A DNA stretch of 64,000 bases from Anaerofustis sp. (GTDB taxonomy: Bacteria; Bacillota; Clostridia; Eubacteriales; Anaerofustaceae). How positions within the stretch are numbered: the first letter of the stretch is position 1; the number at the start of each line of letters is the position of its first letter. The stretch lies in NCBI GenBank assembly GCA_041447245.1, contig JBGMEA010000012.1, positions 282,297 to 346,296 of the forward strand, in the 5' to 3' direction. Both the position numbers and the translations under genes were made by a program. The notes beneath the pieces are model-generated. The model was not told where the DNA came from, ran no database searches, and worked only from the letters and a program-made list of their open reading frames with translations. Below are positions 1 to 11,646 of this stretch, piece by piece.

Positions 1-647
1 ATGCCGCAGACGAAGCCGCGTCCGATCTGTCCGAAATGCGCGCCCATAAAATCGCTGCACATCCGCGGGTCGTAAATCATTTCTCTGCTGATTTTCTGCG
101 TCCAATTGATTCCGTGCAGTGCTCCCGCCGGGCATGCTTTCACGCAGAGGTCGCACGAACCACAGTCGCTTTTCGTGACTGGCATGCCGCAGGAAAGCGG
201 CGCATCGGTCAGCACGGTCGCCAAGCGGACGCGCGGTCCGAATTGCCGATGCAAAAACAGTCCGTTTTTGCCGATGCTGCCGAGTCCCGCCAGCGTTGCC
301 GCGGTTTTGTGCGGGAAGTTTGCGCGGTATTCCTCTTTTTGCATCGTGCTCAAAGATGCCGCAATCGGATAAGCCTTCCAACCCTGTTGTTCCAGATGCA
401 TTGCGCATCGCAGAGACAGTTCATTGAGCAGACCGTTGACCGCCTTATAGTGGGCATAATATGTCTGAGTCGGTTCGGTATCGATTTCATCGATGACGGA
501 ATCGAGCAGTTTGACGCAGATGCTGACGGCGTGCGGATAGTGTTCGATCCCAAGACAGGTAATATCGGCCATACCCGTGTCGGCGGCGCCCTGGGCGTGT
601 AGTATGTTTTTCAGTGATTCGGTTAACGAAATTGCAGATTCACTCAT
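1..647 (-). CDS. QueG-like epoxyqueuosine-reductase-family 4Fe-4S protein, 5' portion only (C-terminus lies before window start)
   Basis: Minus-strand translation from ATG (complement of 645-647) gives MSESAISLTESLKNIL...AGLGSIGKNGLFLHRQFGPRVRLATVLTDAPL...CGSCDLCVKACPAGALHG. This is the GLGWIGKN...FLGE..T plus CxxCxxCxxxCP ferredoxin pattern typical of QueG. The listed + ORF 36..602 is its antisense shadow. Confidence 0.5.
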   Translation of the reverse strand, partial: MSESAISLTESLKNILHAQGAADTGMADITCLGIEHYPHAVSICVKLLDSVIDEIDTEPTQTYYAHYKAVNGLLNELSLRCAMHLEQQGWKAYPIAASLSTMQKEEYRANFPHKTAATLAGLGSIGKNGLFLHRQFGPRVRLATVLTDAPLSCGMPVTKSDCGSCDLCVKACPAGALHGINWTQKISREMIYDPRMCSDFMGAHFGQIGRGFVCG

Positions 648-902
648 AGAACTATTCCATTGATTAAAATGAATTTGATGCCCCGTTGCATGGCAGCGGG
701 GCATATCCGTATTGTATCGGTATTTGCCGAAAAAGTCAACGAAAACGGTTGCATCATTCGGTTCCCTGATCCGCTTCCGTTTGGTTCGGATACGCAAAAC
801 TGAAGGATGAGTTTATTTTTTGTGCCGATTCGGAGTCATCCGCAAAACGAATGGTGATCCTGTCCGAGTTTATGTTATACTGGTAGAAAACAGGTTAAGC
901 AT

Positions 903-1565
903 ATGGATTATTTTCTGACTTTTACGGAGGGGCTGTTATCGTTTGTGTCTCCGTGCATTCTGCCGATGCTCCCGATTTATCTTTCTTATTTTGCGGCGGC
1001 ATCGTCTACAACCGGAAGAGCCAAATATACCGTGGCAGTGAATGCTTTGTGTTTTGTTGCAGGGTTTTCGCTCATTTTCATTTTGTTGGGCGCCCTTGCA
1101 GGCACATTCGGTGTATTGGTCAGCGAATGGCTGAATGATATTCAAATTGTATTCGGGGTTATCCTGGTTCTGCTCGGATTGAATTTTGCCGGTGTGATTA
1201 CGATTCCTTTGCTGTCGCGATCCACGCAGGGACGATTCAATACCAAACGCTACGGATGCGGTGCATCATTTCTGATGGGGATTTTCTTTTGCGCAGGGTG
1301 GATTCCCTGTGTCGGTTCCTTTCTGAGCGCCGCATTGATTGCCGCAGCGAATTCTCAAACGGTCATCAAAGGGGTGCTTTTGCTTGCGGTGTATTCACTC
1401 GGGCTTGGATTGCCGCTGTTTTTGAGTGCGGTGCTGATGGATTATCTGAGCAATGCAATTCGCTTTTTGAAAAAGCATCATAAAGCGATCAGTATTATTT
1501 CAGGAATCCTTTTGATCGGATTGGGTGTTCGTATGCTGTACCAGTCGATTGCGGCAATGATTTAA
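903..1565 (+). CDS. ccdA: cytochrome c-type biogenesis / thiol-disulfide transporter CcdA (DsbD family)
   Basis: Polytopic membrane protein with an SPCILP motif (Cys pair in TM1) and a second Cys in ...CAGWIPCVG. Adjacent thioredoxin-like partner. Confidence 0.75.
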   Translation: MDYFLTFTEGLLSFVSPCILPMLPIYLSYFAAASSTTGRAKYTVAVNALCFVAGFSLIFILLGALAGTFGVLVSEWLNDIQIVFGVILVLLGLNFAGVITIPLLSRSTQGRFNTKRYGCGASFLMGIFFCAGWIPCVGSFLSAALIAAANSQTVIKGVLLLAVYSLGLGLPLFLSAVLMDYLSNAIRFLKKHHKAISIISGILLIGLGVRMLYQSIAAMI

Positions 1566-1611
1566 TTGCGGGCGAATCGGTTTCATCCTGCAATAAACGG
1601 AGAAGAAATAC

Positions 1612-2346
1612 ATGGATAAGAAAAACAAATGGATACGTTTCGCGATGAAAACAGGAATTCTCCTTGTTTCTGCAGGTTTGATTTATTTCGCATTCGTGGC
1701 GACCATGCCGGATTTGATTCCGCTTCTCAGAAACGGAAACGAAGCTCAGATCGAACAATATCTGCGGGAAAGCAATAAATGGCTCGGACTTTTGTGTGTT
1801 GCATTGCTGCAATTTGTGCAGGTGCTGTCGGTCATCCTGCCCGGAGCTCCGATTCAGATTGCGGCCGGAATTGTGTACGGAACCTGGCGAGCCTTTTTTG
1901 TATGCCACCTTTCCGCTGTCGGCACCAATCTGCTTGTATTCAATGCCTCCAGAAAACTGGGAAACAAAATGAACCTTTTGCTTCCTGTCGATACAAAATC
2001 TTCCAAGCTGGATTTCATCCGCAAATCGGAAAATCCTGCGTATATGACAGTCGTTGCCTGCTTGGTTCCGATTCTGCCGAACGGCTTCATTCCGTATGCT
2101 GCGGCAAAAACGAAAATCACATCGCTTCAGTTCGGGCTCGCGATGTACTTCGGGAGCCTCGCTCCCGTATTGGTTCTTTGCGCGGCTGGGAGCAAGATCA
2201 TGAAGGGTGGTTATATTGCCTCTGCAATTCTGCTCGGAGCATTATTCCTTGCCGTGATTTTACTGAGTAAATACAAACATGAGGTTCTCCGAATCGTGAC
2301 GCGGCTGATACAGAAAAGCAAAGATAAAACAAAGCGGATGATGTAA
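1612..2346 (+). CDS. TVP38/TMEM64 (DedA/SNARE-associated) family membrane protein
   Basis: Multi-TM protein with the conserved VLSVILPGAPIQIAAGIVYG segment typical of the TVP38/TMEM64 family. RBS AAACGGAGAAG upstream. Confidence 0.55.
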   Translation: MDKKNKWIRFAMKTGILLVSAGLIYFAFVATMPDLIPLLRNGNEAQIEQYLRESNKWLGLLCVALLQFVQVLSVILPGAPIQIAAGIVYGTWRAFFVCHLSAVGTNLLVFNASRKLGNKMNLLLPVDTKSSKLDFIRKSENPAYMTVVACLVPILPNGFIPYAAAKTKITSLQFGLAMYFGSLAPVLVLCAAGSKIMKGGYIASAILLGALFLAVILLSKYKHEVLRIVTRLIQKSKDKTKRMM

Positions 2347-2550
2347 TCAGGTTTTCTGAACGGGAAGAGCGTAAACGTATCTTTAGGGATTATCGCCGCC
2401 AGAAGACCGAGATAGTTCGCTGTTGCATTTGTCACGGAAAAATTTCCTTGATGATGATATCCTTTTGTCAATCATCGGAACTGTATGTGAGCTCATCACG
2501 GTGCGAACGTCGGTTGATCGGGTATAATCAATTTTAAACGGAGGAATATC

Positions 2551-3045
2551 ATGAAGAAAAAAATAACCGTGTTTGCGCTCGCTCTGGTGTTGCTTTTTGG
2601 CATTAGTGCCTGCGGGAAAAGCGGAAATGAAAAAGCGACCGACTTTACGGCGTCGACGCTCGACGGCAGAACCGTCAGCCTGTCGGATTACACAGGCCGC
2701 GTTGTGGTCATTAATTTCTGGGGAACATGGTGTCCTTACTGCGTGATGGAAATGGAAGACATTTATGCGGCAACCCAAACATATCCCGATGTTGTTTTTC
2801 TGATGGTGAACACCTCTCAATCACTCGGTCATGAATCGGCGGATACAATCAATGCTTATTTTGATCTGGCAGGATTTACATTCGATAATATTATCCTGAA
2901 TGAATCCGTTGCCCAGTCTTATGGTGTCCGTTCATTCCCGACGACTTATGTGATTGATGCGCAGGGCAATGTATATGACAAAGTGACCGGTACGGTTGAC
3001 GGCACGACGCTCGGAACAATGATTGAAAAAGCGGGGCAGCAATAG
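2551..3045 (+). CDS. TlpA/ResA-like thioredoxin-fold thiol-disulfide oxidoreductase lipoprotein
   Basis: Signal peptide with lipobox (FGISAC) and WGTWCPYC active-site motif. RBS AACGGAGGAATATC-ATG. Follows ccdA. Confidence 0.7.
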   Translation: MKKKITVFALALVLLFGISACGKSGNEKATDFTASTLDGRTVSLSDYTGRVVVINFWGTWCPYCVMEMEDIYAATQTYPDVVFLMVNTSQSLGHESADTINAYFDLAGFTFDNIILNESVAQSYGVRSFPTTYVIDAQGNVYDKVTGTVDGTTLGTMIEKAGQQ

Positions 3046-3070
3046 GAATTTCTGCCGAAAGGAGCTTGAG

Positions 3071-4078
3071 ATGGATAAAGACGAATTGAAAAAAACTTTG
3101 AGAGAATTTTTGTTGACGGATTGCGAAACCGATTTGACATCTCTGATCGGTGAAGAACGCAAATTGGCATCCGATACGCTCAAAGAGCTGATTACGGAGC
3201 AGAAAAAAGAATTGACGGATCACACGGATAAGATTATTTCGGTGCTTGCAGTGATCTATATCGATTCGGGCGTGGACACGCAGGACCCGGTTCAGTTGAT
3301 GTATCGCTATATCGCGGATGCTTATCTTTATAAGGAGTCCGGTGTCTGCAGTAAAGACGATCTTTTGTGCGGCGGATTGAAAAACCGTTATCTGTTTGAT
3401 TTGATCGAAAAAGTCCGTTTCGCGAAAATGCAGCGGGAAAGTCTTCGGGATACGGCATCGTACAACCGACATATCGAAAAAGCGATCAGCGACATGCGCA
3501 ATGATCTGACTGTGCTGTTTGAGCTGCAGTGCACTCTGGAAGAAACGGAATCCGTTTTGGAAAAATATCTGGAGTATAACATTAATGTCAATACCGCTCG
3601 CAACTGGCTGAAACTGAACGGGCTTGCAAAATACGAGCCGTTCCGCAGCTTTCTCGTTAAATCCAAACCGCAACTGTTGAATCTGTTCAAGCGCGGGAGC
3701 ATCCGCCCCGAAGCATTAAAATATTTTATCGAAACCAAAGATGTCGAATCAATCGATCTTTACATGAATACGCTTGCGGAAACTGCCGTCGAAACACTGG
3801 AGAAAGCGTCGGAAATGATTTCTTCGGATGTCTGTTTCCCGTTTGACGAAGCGTTCCTTCTTTCCGCCGCAAAATTGTTTGCTGCTGCTCCGTCCGATGT
3901 TGACGCATTGATCGAGCCGTTTCTTGCTTCTGAAAAAGAAGCTGCGGGCAATGTGCTGAGATTGAGTGAAAAACTGTTTGCCGAAGACCGACTTCATGCG
4001 GATCAGCTTGCCCAAATCGGGAAAGCGATCGAAGAACATCATGTGCTTGCCTACGATGCTGCAAACTGGCTGAGGTAG
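3071..4078 (+). CDS. hypothetical protein (acidic, helical; no recognisable domain)
   Basis: Long ORF with RBS AAAGGAGCTTGAG before ATG at 3071 (MDKDELKK...). The 3023 start of the ORF track lacks an RBS. Confidence 0.5.
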   Translation: MDKDELKKTLREFLLTDCETDLTSLIGEERKLASDTLKELITEQKKELTDHTDKIISVLAVIYIDSGVDTQDPVQLMYRYIADAYLYKESGVCSKDDLLCGGLKNRYLFDLIEKVRFAKMQRESLRDTASYNRHIEKAISDMRNDLTVLFELQCTLEETESVLEKYLEYNINVNTARNWLKLNGLAKYEPFRSFLVKSKPQLLNLFKRGSIRPEALKYFIETKDVESIDLYMNTLAETAVETLEKASEMISSDVCFPFDEAFLLSAAKLFAAAPSDVDALIEPFLASEKEAAGNVLRLSEKLFAEDRLHADQLAQIGKAIEEHHVLAYDAANWLR

Positions 4079-4084
4079 CACAAT

Positions 4085-4127
4085 AAAAAAGACTTTCCCG
4101 TTTTCAAAATCGGGAAAGTCTTTTTTT
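4085..4127. terminator. bidirectional rho-independent terminator between convergent genes
   Basis: aaaaaagactttcccg-ttttcaaaat-cgggaaagtcttttttt: perfect hairpin flanked by A and T runs. Confidence 0.6.
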
Positions 4128-4129
4128 GT

Positions 4130-5566
4130 TCAGTTGGAAGTTCCTGTGCCTGATCCATCGGTCGTTGTGGTTCCGTCCGTCGGAGCTGTGTTGTTTGTAG
4201 TAGTCGTACCATCTGTCGTCGTAGTTGTGTCGTCTGTCGTTGTCGGTGTGGCTGATGGGATATAGGTCGGATCCTGTGTCAGCTGCTTGACTGTAATCCC
4301 GAAATGTTCTTTTATGAAGCTGACCCGCTCCGATTGCGTCACAATCCAATAGGAAATGCTGTAGAGATTTCCGTATGTGCCGGGCATTGTGTCGGTCGAT
4401 ATATTGGAGACGTCAAAATCTTTCAGAGTGTAAGCCAGTGTGGTAATCTGCTTAAAGGACAGGTCGGTGCTTAAAATATCATACGTCTGCGAGATCAGCT
4501 TCGGAAGTTTCATAATGTTCTCCGAACTGGTGACCTGCGAGAACAGTTGTTTCATCAGTTTTTGCTGCATTGCCACGCGGTCGATATCTCCGCCGGTATA
4601 ATCGCGCAGTCTGGCCAATGTGATAAACTGATCTCCGTTAAGAGTCTGTGTTCCCTTGGCAAAGGCAAGCGTCCCGTTGTGATAGACATTTTCATCAAGT
4701 GTTACGGTTACCCCGCCCAGTGTATCGATGATCTGGGGGACTCCTTCCATGTCCACTTCAACATAATAATTGATCGGAACACCGCCCAGAAGTTGGCTGA
4801 CAGTGCCCTCTAGACATTCCAGTCCTTTGTCGAAATATTCGTCTTCCGAATCGGCTTCGAGCGATCCGTAATAGAAACAGGAATTGATTTTATCTTTTCC
4901 GCTTCTGCCGTAAATCGAAACATAGGTATCTCTCGGAATGGAAACGATCTGAATGTTTTCCGTTTCCAGGTTGATGGATACCAGCATAATGGTATCGGGG
5001 CGGAATGTCGAATATTCGCTTTCCCGTTCTGTATTTTCATCCAAACCGAAGAACAGGATGTTGATGACATTGGTGTCTCCGAAGGTGATGTTGGCATTCA
5101 GGTTGTCATACAGCGTTGATTTGATTGCCAGTTTCTGATATTTTTTGTTCCCTGACAAATCACCGCCGAAGTTGTTCAGATCGCCGAGTCCCGTCCAAAG
5201 AAGAATCGTGGTAAGATTTCCGGCAATCAATATTCCGGCAATCAGTACGGAGCAGACTGCAATCATCCACCGTTTGATCTTCTGCCGTTTGGTCAGCTTT
5301 TTCTTTTTGCGTTTCTTTTTTTTCGCGGGAAGGTCGGGTTCGATCGCACGTTTCACGGATTCTTCCGCTGCGGCGTTTGCGGCATTCGGACGAAATTCCC
5401 TTTCCGAAATCTGTCCGCTCGACATTTCGTTTGGCATTTTTATTTTCGATGCAACCTCTGAAGGATGCTTTTGAACGGATGATGGTTTTCTTTTTTTCTT
5501 GCGTTTTTTAATATAGACTTTTTTGTCTGCAAGACCTGCTTTTTTGCTGGGGTCTTTTTCTTTCAT
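4130..5566 (-). CDS. LytR-CpsA-Psr (LCP) family cell-envelope phosphotransferase with Lys-rich N-terminus and Thr-rich C-terminal tail
   Basis: N-terminal KKKRKKKK stretch, single TM, LCP core (DTIMLVSINLETENIQIVSIPRDTYV...), C-terminal TTTDDTTTTTDGTTTT low-complexity tail. Confidence 0.75.
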   Translation of the reverse strand: MKEKDPSKKAGLADKKVYIKKRKKKRKPSSVQKHPSEVASKIKMPNEMSSGQISEREFRPNAANAAAEESVKRAIEPDLPAKKKKRKKKKLTKRQKIKRWMIAVCSVLIAGILIAGNLTTILLWTGLGDLNNFGGDLSGNKKYQKLAIKSTLYDNLNANITFGDTNVINILFFGLDENTERESEYSTFRPDTIMLVSINLETENIQIVSIPRDTYVSIYGRSGKDKINSCFYYGSLEADSEDEYFDKGLECLEGTVSQLLGGVPINYYVEVDMEGVPQIIDTLGGVTVTLDENVYHNGTLAFAKGTQTLNGDQFITLARLRDYTGGDIDRVAMQQKLMKQLFSQVTSSENIMKLPKLISQTYDILSTDLSFKQITTLAYTLKDFDVSNISTDTMPGTYGNLYSISYWIVTQSERVSFIKEHFGITVKQLTQDPTYIPSATPTTTDDTTTTTDGTTTTNNTAPTDGTTTTDGSGTGTSN

Positions 5567-5707
5567 CCCTTAACTCCCAAAATATTGATAATCCATATCA
5601 TTATACCGCAAAACAAAAAGAATGCTATTCTTTTTAAGAAATTTGTAATAAATCGCTTTGCATCGATTGATGCATTTCAGACACGTGATCCAATCGATTT
5701 GCGGCAC

Positions 5708-5736
5708 TTGACAAACCTGATCACGCAGAGTATAAT
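5708..5736 (+). promoter_or_regulatory. sigma-A type promoter for valS leader
   Basis: TTGACA (5708-5713), 17-nt spacer, TATAAT (5731-5736). Confidence 0.6.
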
Positions 5737-5743
5737 TTTACCA

Positions 5744-6000
5744 TTCAAAACTCGATATTCCCATCAAATGCAAAGATGCGGAGGAGTAGGCAGGAGATAC
5801 CCGGTCAGAGAGAAAGCGGCAGGTGAGAGCTTTTGCGGGAGAATTGCCGAACGTCGCCGCGGAGCACCGATATTCTATGTTACGAATAGCGGCGGTGCCG
5901 GCACGTTAAGCCGAAGACAAGCGGATTCATCTCGAATCAATGCGGGTGGTACCGCGGCAGTTTGCCGTCCCGCAATGATTGCGGGATTTTTTATTTCTCG
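5744..6000 (+). promoter_or_regulatory. T-box riboswitch leader (putative Val specifier) controlling valS
   Basis: Conserved T-box sequence aatgcGGGTGGTACCGCGgcag at ~5940-5960. It is followed by the terminator cccgcaatgattgcgggatttttt. Upstream AGAGA-containing stem I has a GUC-A candidate specifier (ccggucagag). Confidence 0.7.
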
Positions 6001-6037
6001 AATTTATCATGTGAGCGCAACAGAAAGGCAGAGAGTC

Positions 6038-8674
<2,637 letters not shown>

Positions 8675-8704
8675 CAAACATCACATCATTCCATATTAAT
8701 TATT

Positions 8705-8730
8705 CAGAGAGCGTTGCTGCTCTCTTTTTC
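8705..8730 (+). terminator. rho-independent terminator after valS
   Basis: agagagc-gttgct-gctctct followed by ttttc. Confidence 0.6.
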
Positions 8731-8826
8731 TTTCGAAAAAAAGTAATATCCTTGTAATATTTTCAGAACATGATACGATATTATTTACGGTAGATTATTG
8801 GATCATCCCTGATAAGGAGGGCTGAA

Positions 8827-9600
8827 TTGATGATATTTTATTTTTCCGGTACGGGAAATTCTCTGTATGCGGCAAAGCAAATTGCCAAGGAACAGAACAC
8901 TGCTTTACTTTCGGTTGCGGAAGAAATGCGAAAAGAAGGGAATCCGTTTTCGTATGAATGCGGCAAAGATGAACCTGTCGGTTTCGTGTACCCGATCTAC
9001 GCATGGGGGCCGCCGAAGATCATGTTGGATTTTATTTCGAAGCTGACGTTGACAGGCGAGGCGCATCCATACGTGTTTGCGGTGTCCACCTGCGGGGATG
9101 AAGAGGGAATGGCAACCGAGCTGCTCAAAACGGCATTGACCGCAAAAGGCATCAAACTTGCAAGTGCATTTACTCTGCGTATGCCGAACAACTATATTCC
9201 GAGTTTTGATGTCGATCCGAAGGATTTGGAAGAACTCAAACTTTCCGATGCACAACGGTCTCTGCTGCGCATCAATTCCGTGATCGATCACCGCCATAAA
9301 GATGTCTTCGATCTGTTGCCGGGTTCCATGCCGAAACTGAAGACAATGCTCGTCAATCCGTTGTTCAATCGTTTTGCAATGGGAACCAAAAAGTTTTATG
9401 CTACGGACGAATGCACTTCCTGCGGGTTGTGTGAATCAATCTGCCCCGTCGGTGCCATTGTGGTTGACGGCAAACCAAAGTGGGTCAAAAAACAATGCAC
9501 ACAGTGTTTGGCCTGCATTCATCGCTGTCCCGCAACTGCCATTCAATGCGGAAAGAACACGCAGATGAGGGGACGGTATGTTCATCCTGATTTGAAATAG
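8827..9600 (+). CDS. EFR1-family flavodoxin-like / 2x[4Fe-4S] ferredoxin fusion protein
   Basis: N-terminus MMIFYFSGTGNS (flavodoxin-like fold). C-terminus has two CxxCxxCxxxCP motifs (CTSCGLCESICP, CTQCLACIHRCP). Confidence 0.6.
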   Translation: MMIFYFSGTGNSLYAAKQIAKEQNTALLSVAEEMRKEGNPFSYECGKDEPVGFVYPIYAWGPPKIMLDFISKLTLTGEAHPYVFAVSTCGDEEGMATELLKTALTAKGIKLASAFTLRMPNNYIPSFDVDPKDLEELKLSDAQRSLLRINSVIDHRHKDVFDLLPGSMPKLKTMLVNPLFNRFAMGTKKFYATDECTSCGLCESICPVGAIVVDGKPKWVKKQCTQCLACIHRCPATAIQCGKNTQMRGRYVHPDLK

Positions 9601-9610
9601 AAAATTCGAA

Positions 9611-9637
9611 ACATCCCGTTTGACGGGGTGTTTTTTT
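9611..9637 (+). terminator. rho-independent terminator
   Basis: catcccgtttgacggggtg followed by ttttttt. Confidence 0.55.
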
Positions 9638-9705
9638 GATTGCCTGCATCTTCGGTTTTGTTATATACTATTAAAAAAGAGTCTTTTACAGGGAAACGGG
9701 GAAAC

Positions 9706-10119
9706 ATGGAATATCGGAGTAAAAATGTCGGTGAACGCAAAATTCAAATTCTAAAAACAGTCGGTACCATCCTGAAATTCTTCGGGTGGATCTGCTTCGG
9801 ATTTGCGCTCGTCAGCACGCTTATTATGGCAGCCATGCCGATCAATCTTTCTGACGGCACCTCCCTGAATGCGTTGCAGAAAGCAGGGCTGATTTTTGCC
9901 TGTGATCTGATCTATCTGGGCATCGGAGCTGTCTGTTGGTTTCCGGGAAGACATCTGATCCGCAGAGCTCGATTGATGCAGCGCGAATGGGAACTGTCCC
10001 GCGCGGAGAAGGAGCATCCCGCCGTTTCCATACTTTGTCCGAATTGCGGCGCGCGGATAACGGCCAAAAAAGGCGCGGCCTCTTTCTGCGAATACTGCGG
10101 CTGTTGCGTACGGGCATGA
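9706..10119 (+). CDS. membrane protein with C-terminal zinc-ribbon (CPNCG...CEYCG)
   Basis: Two TM helices then CxxC...CxxC. The ATG at 9706 (MEYRSKN) follows GGGAAACGGGGAAAC. Confidence 0.45.
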   Translation: MEYRSKNVGERKIQILKTVGTILKFFGWICFGFALVSTLIMAAMPINLSDGTSLNALQKAGLIFACDLIYLGIGAVCWFPGRHLIRRARLMQREWELSRAEKEHPAVSILCPNCGARITAKKGAASFCEYCGCCVRA

Positions 10120-10162
10120 AGTCTGTGTTTGGCAAAGAGAGGAGGAAGGGATCGTTACCTTT

Positions 10163-10852
10163 ATGAAATATGACATTATTTTTTTTGATGCCGATGACAC
10201 ATTGTTTGATTTTCAGCAGTCGGAAGCAGTTGCATATCGCAATGCAATGAATGCATTGCATCTCCCATATGCGGATAATGAATCCTACGAAATTTATCGG
10301 ACAGTGAACCATGCTATTTGGCGGGAATTCGAAGAGGGGAAAATCAGCCAGAGCAGATTGAAAACAGAGCGGTTTCGCCGTTTGGCAGACCGTCTGAATA
10401 TATCGTTTGATGCCGCGGAATTTGCGAAAGAATTTATGTATCAGCTGTCCAGGGCGTCGATTCTATTCGACGATGCCATCCCTTTGATCGAGGACTTAAA
10501 AAGACATGCCAAACTTCTCATTGTGACGAACGGATTGTCCGATGTACAGCACCGCCGTGTGCGCGGTTCGGTGATTGCCGATTCGCTCAGCGGGGTGATT
10601 ATTTCGGAAGAAGCGGGTGTGGCAAAACCCGATCCTGCGATTTTCGAACTGGCGGCGCGCCAAGTGCAGGCGAGCGACAAATCGAAAATGCTGATGGTGG
10701 GGGACGGGCTCAAAAGCGACATTCTGGGGGGCATCAATTACGGCATCGATACCTGCTGGTATAACCCGAAGCGGCTGCAAAACGAAAGCGGAGTCGTGCC
10801 GACGTATGAAATCAACACTCTTCCGCAGCTGATTCCGATCGCATATTCATAG
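10163..10852 (+). CDS. HAD-IA family hydrolase, YjjG-like 5'-nucleotidase
   Basis: MKYDIIFFDADDTLFDF (DxDxT motif I), downstream motif-II Thr/Ser (LIVTNG) and motif-III/IV region (KPDPAIF...VGDG). Confidence 0.7.
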   Translation: MKYDIIFFDADDTLFDFQQSEAVAYRNAMNALHLPYADNESYEIYRTVNHAIWREFEEGKISQSRLKTERFRRLADRLNISFDAAEFAKEFMYQLSRASILFDDAIPLIEDLKRHAKLLIVTNGLSDVQHRRVRGSVIADSLSGVIISEEAGVAKPDPAIFELAARQVQASDKSKMLMVGDGLKSDILGGINYGIDTCWYNPKRLQNESGVVPTYEINTLPQLIPIAYS

Positions 10853-10855
10853 CAT

Positions 10856-10890
10856 AAAAAACGGCATCCGAATTCGGATGCCGTTCGTGT
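10856..10890. terminator. bidirectional terminator between HAD gene and TetR gene
   Basis: aaaaaacggcatccg-aattc-ggatgccgtt: perfect hairpin. Confidence 0.6.
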
Positions 10891-10901
10891 TATTTGGTTG
10901 A

Positions 10902-11564
10902 TTATTTCACCGCGAAGTTTTCCCCCACGGTCAGTTCGATCTGATCCAGCAGTCTTTCGGACTCCTTCAGACACTCATCGATAAAATCGTTTTCGAAGCG
11001 CAGACTTTGAAACAACAGACGGATTTCCGTCTCCGCCACATATTCACTGGAACATTCCAGAAATCCTTCATTGCGTGCAACATGCAAAGCATGTACGGTG
11101 GCAAGATTCGCAAGTGCGATTGCTTTGGCATCCAACCTGCTCAAACCCAACTTGTAAGCACGGTTCAGATTTTCCACGAACCCTACGGATGCGCTCTCGT
11201 TTTGAAGAAAGACGTTGGATTCGCACAGCTCGTGATAAAATCGGTTCAGATGCCGATTGGCCCGGCAGTTACGGTTTTGGATGCGATATTCCAGCGCGGT
11301 GCGCAGCACATGGTTGCATTTCGGGCAGATGACATTGATGGCGTTTTGCGTTCGGACTTTGACGGCTACCATATATTCGTTGTATATTTCAAGCGCAAGC
11401 TTGTTCTTGTTCTCGAAATAATAGGAAACCATCGCTTTGTTCGCACCCGATTCGCGCGCAATGTCCATGAGCGTGGTATTGATAAACCCGTTTTCATAAA
11501 ACAGCCGTTTTGCGGTTGCATAGATGTTGTCTTTCGATTGCTGTCCCGATTTGTAGCGTGTCAA
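10902..11564 (-). CDS. TetR/AcrR family transcriptional regulator
   Basis: N-terminal HTH: FINTTLMDIARESGANKAMVSYYFENKNKL. Confidence 0.75.
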   Translation of the reverse strand: MTRYKSGQQSKDNIYATAKRLFYENGFINTTLMDIARESGANKAMVSYYFENKNKLALEIYNEYMVAVKVRTQNAINVICPKCNHVLRTALEYRIQNRNCRANRHLNRFYHELCESNVFLQNESASVGFVENLNRAYKLGLSRLDAKAIALANLATVHALHVARNEGFLECSSEYVAETEIRLLFQSLRFENDFIDECLKESERLLDQIELTVGENFAVK

Positions 11565-11646
11565 TCCGATTCTCCGTGAATGAAGTTTTTTTTATTGTAT
11601 CATATTTTTTTGTCTGTGTATCATTCGGACGGTTGAAAATGTTTGT

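Noticed and set aside
36-602. 188-aa plus-strand ORF at window start
   Set aside because: The opposite strand encodes a coherent 4Fe-4S (CGSCDLCVKACP) QueG-like protein. The plus ORF is its shadow.
2891-3673. 260-aa minus-strand ORF spanning the TlpA/hypothetical junction
   Set aside because: Overlaps two co-directional plus-strand genes with RBSs. Composition is typical of antisense frames.
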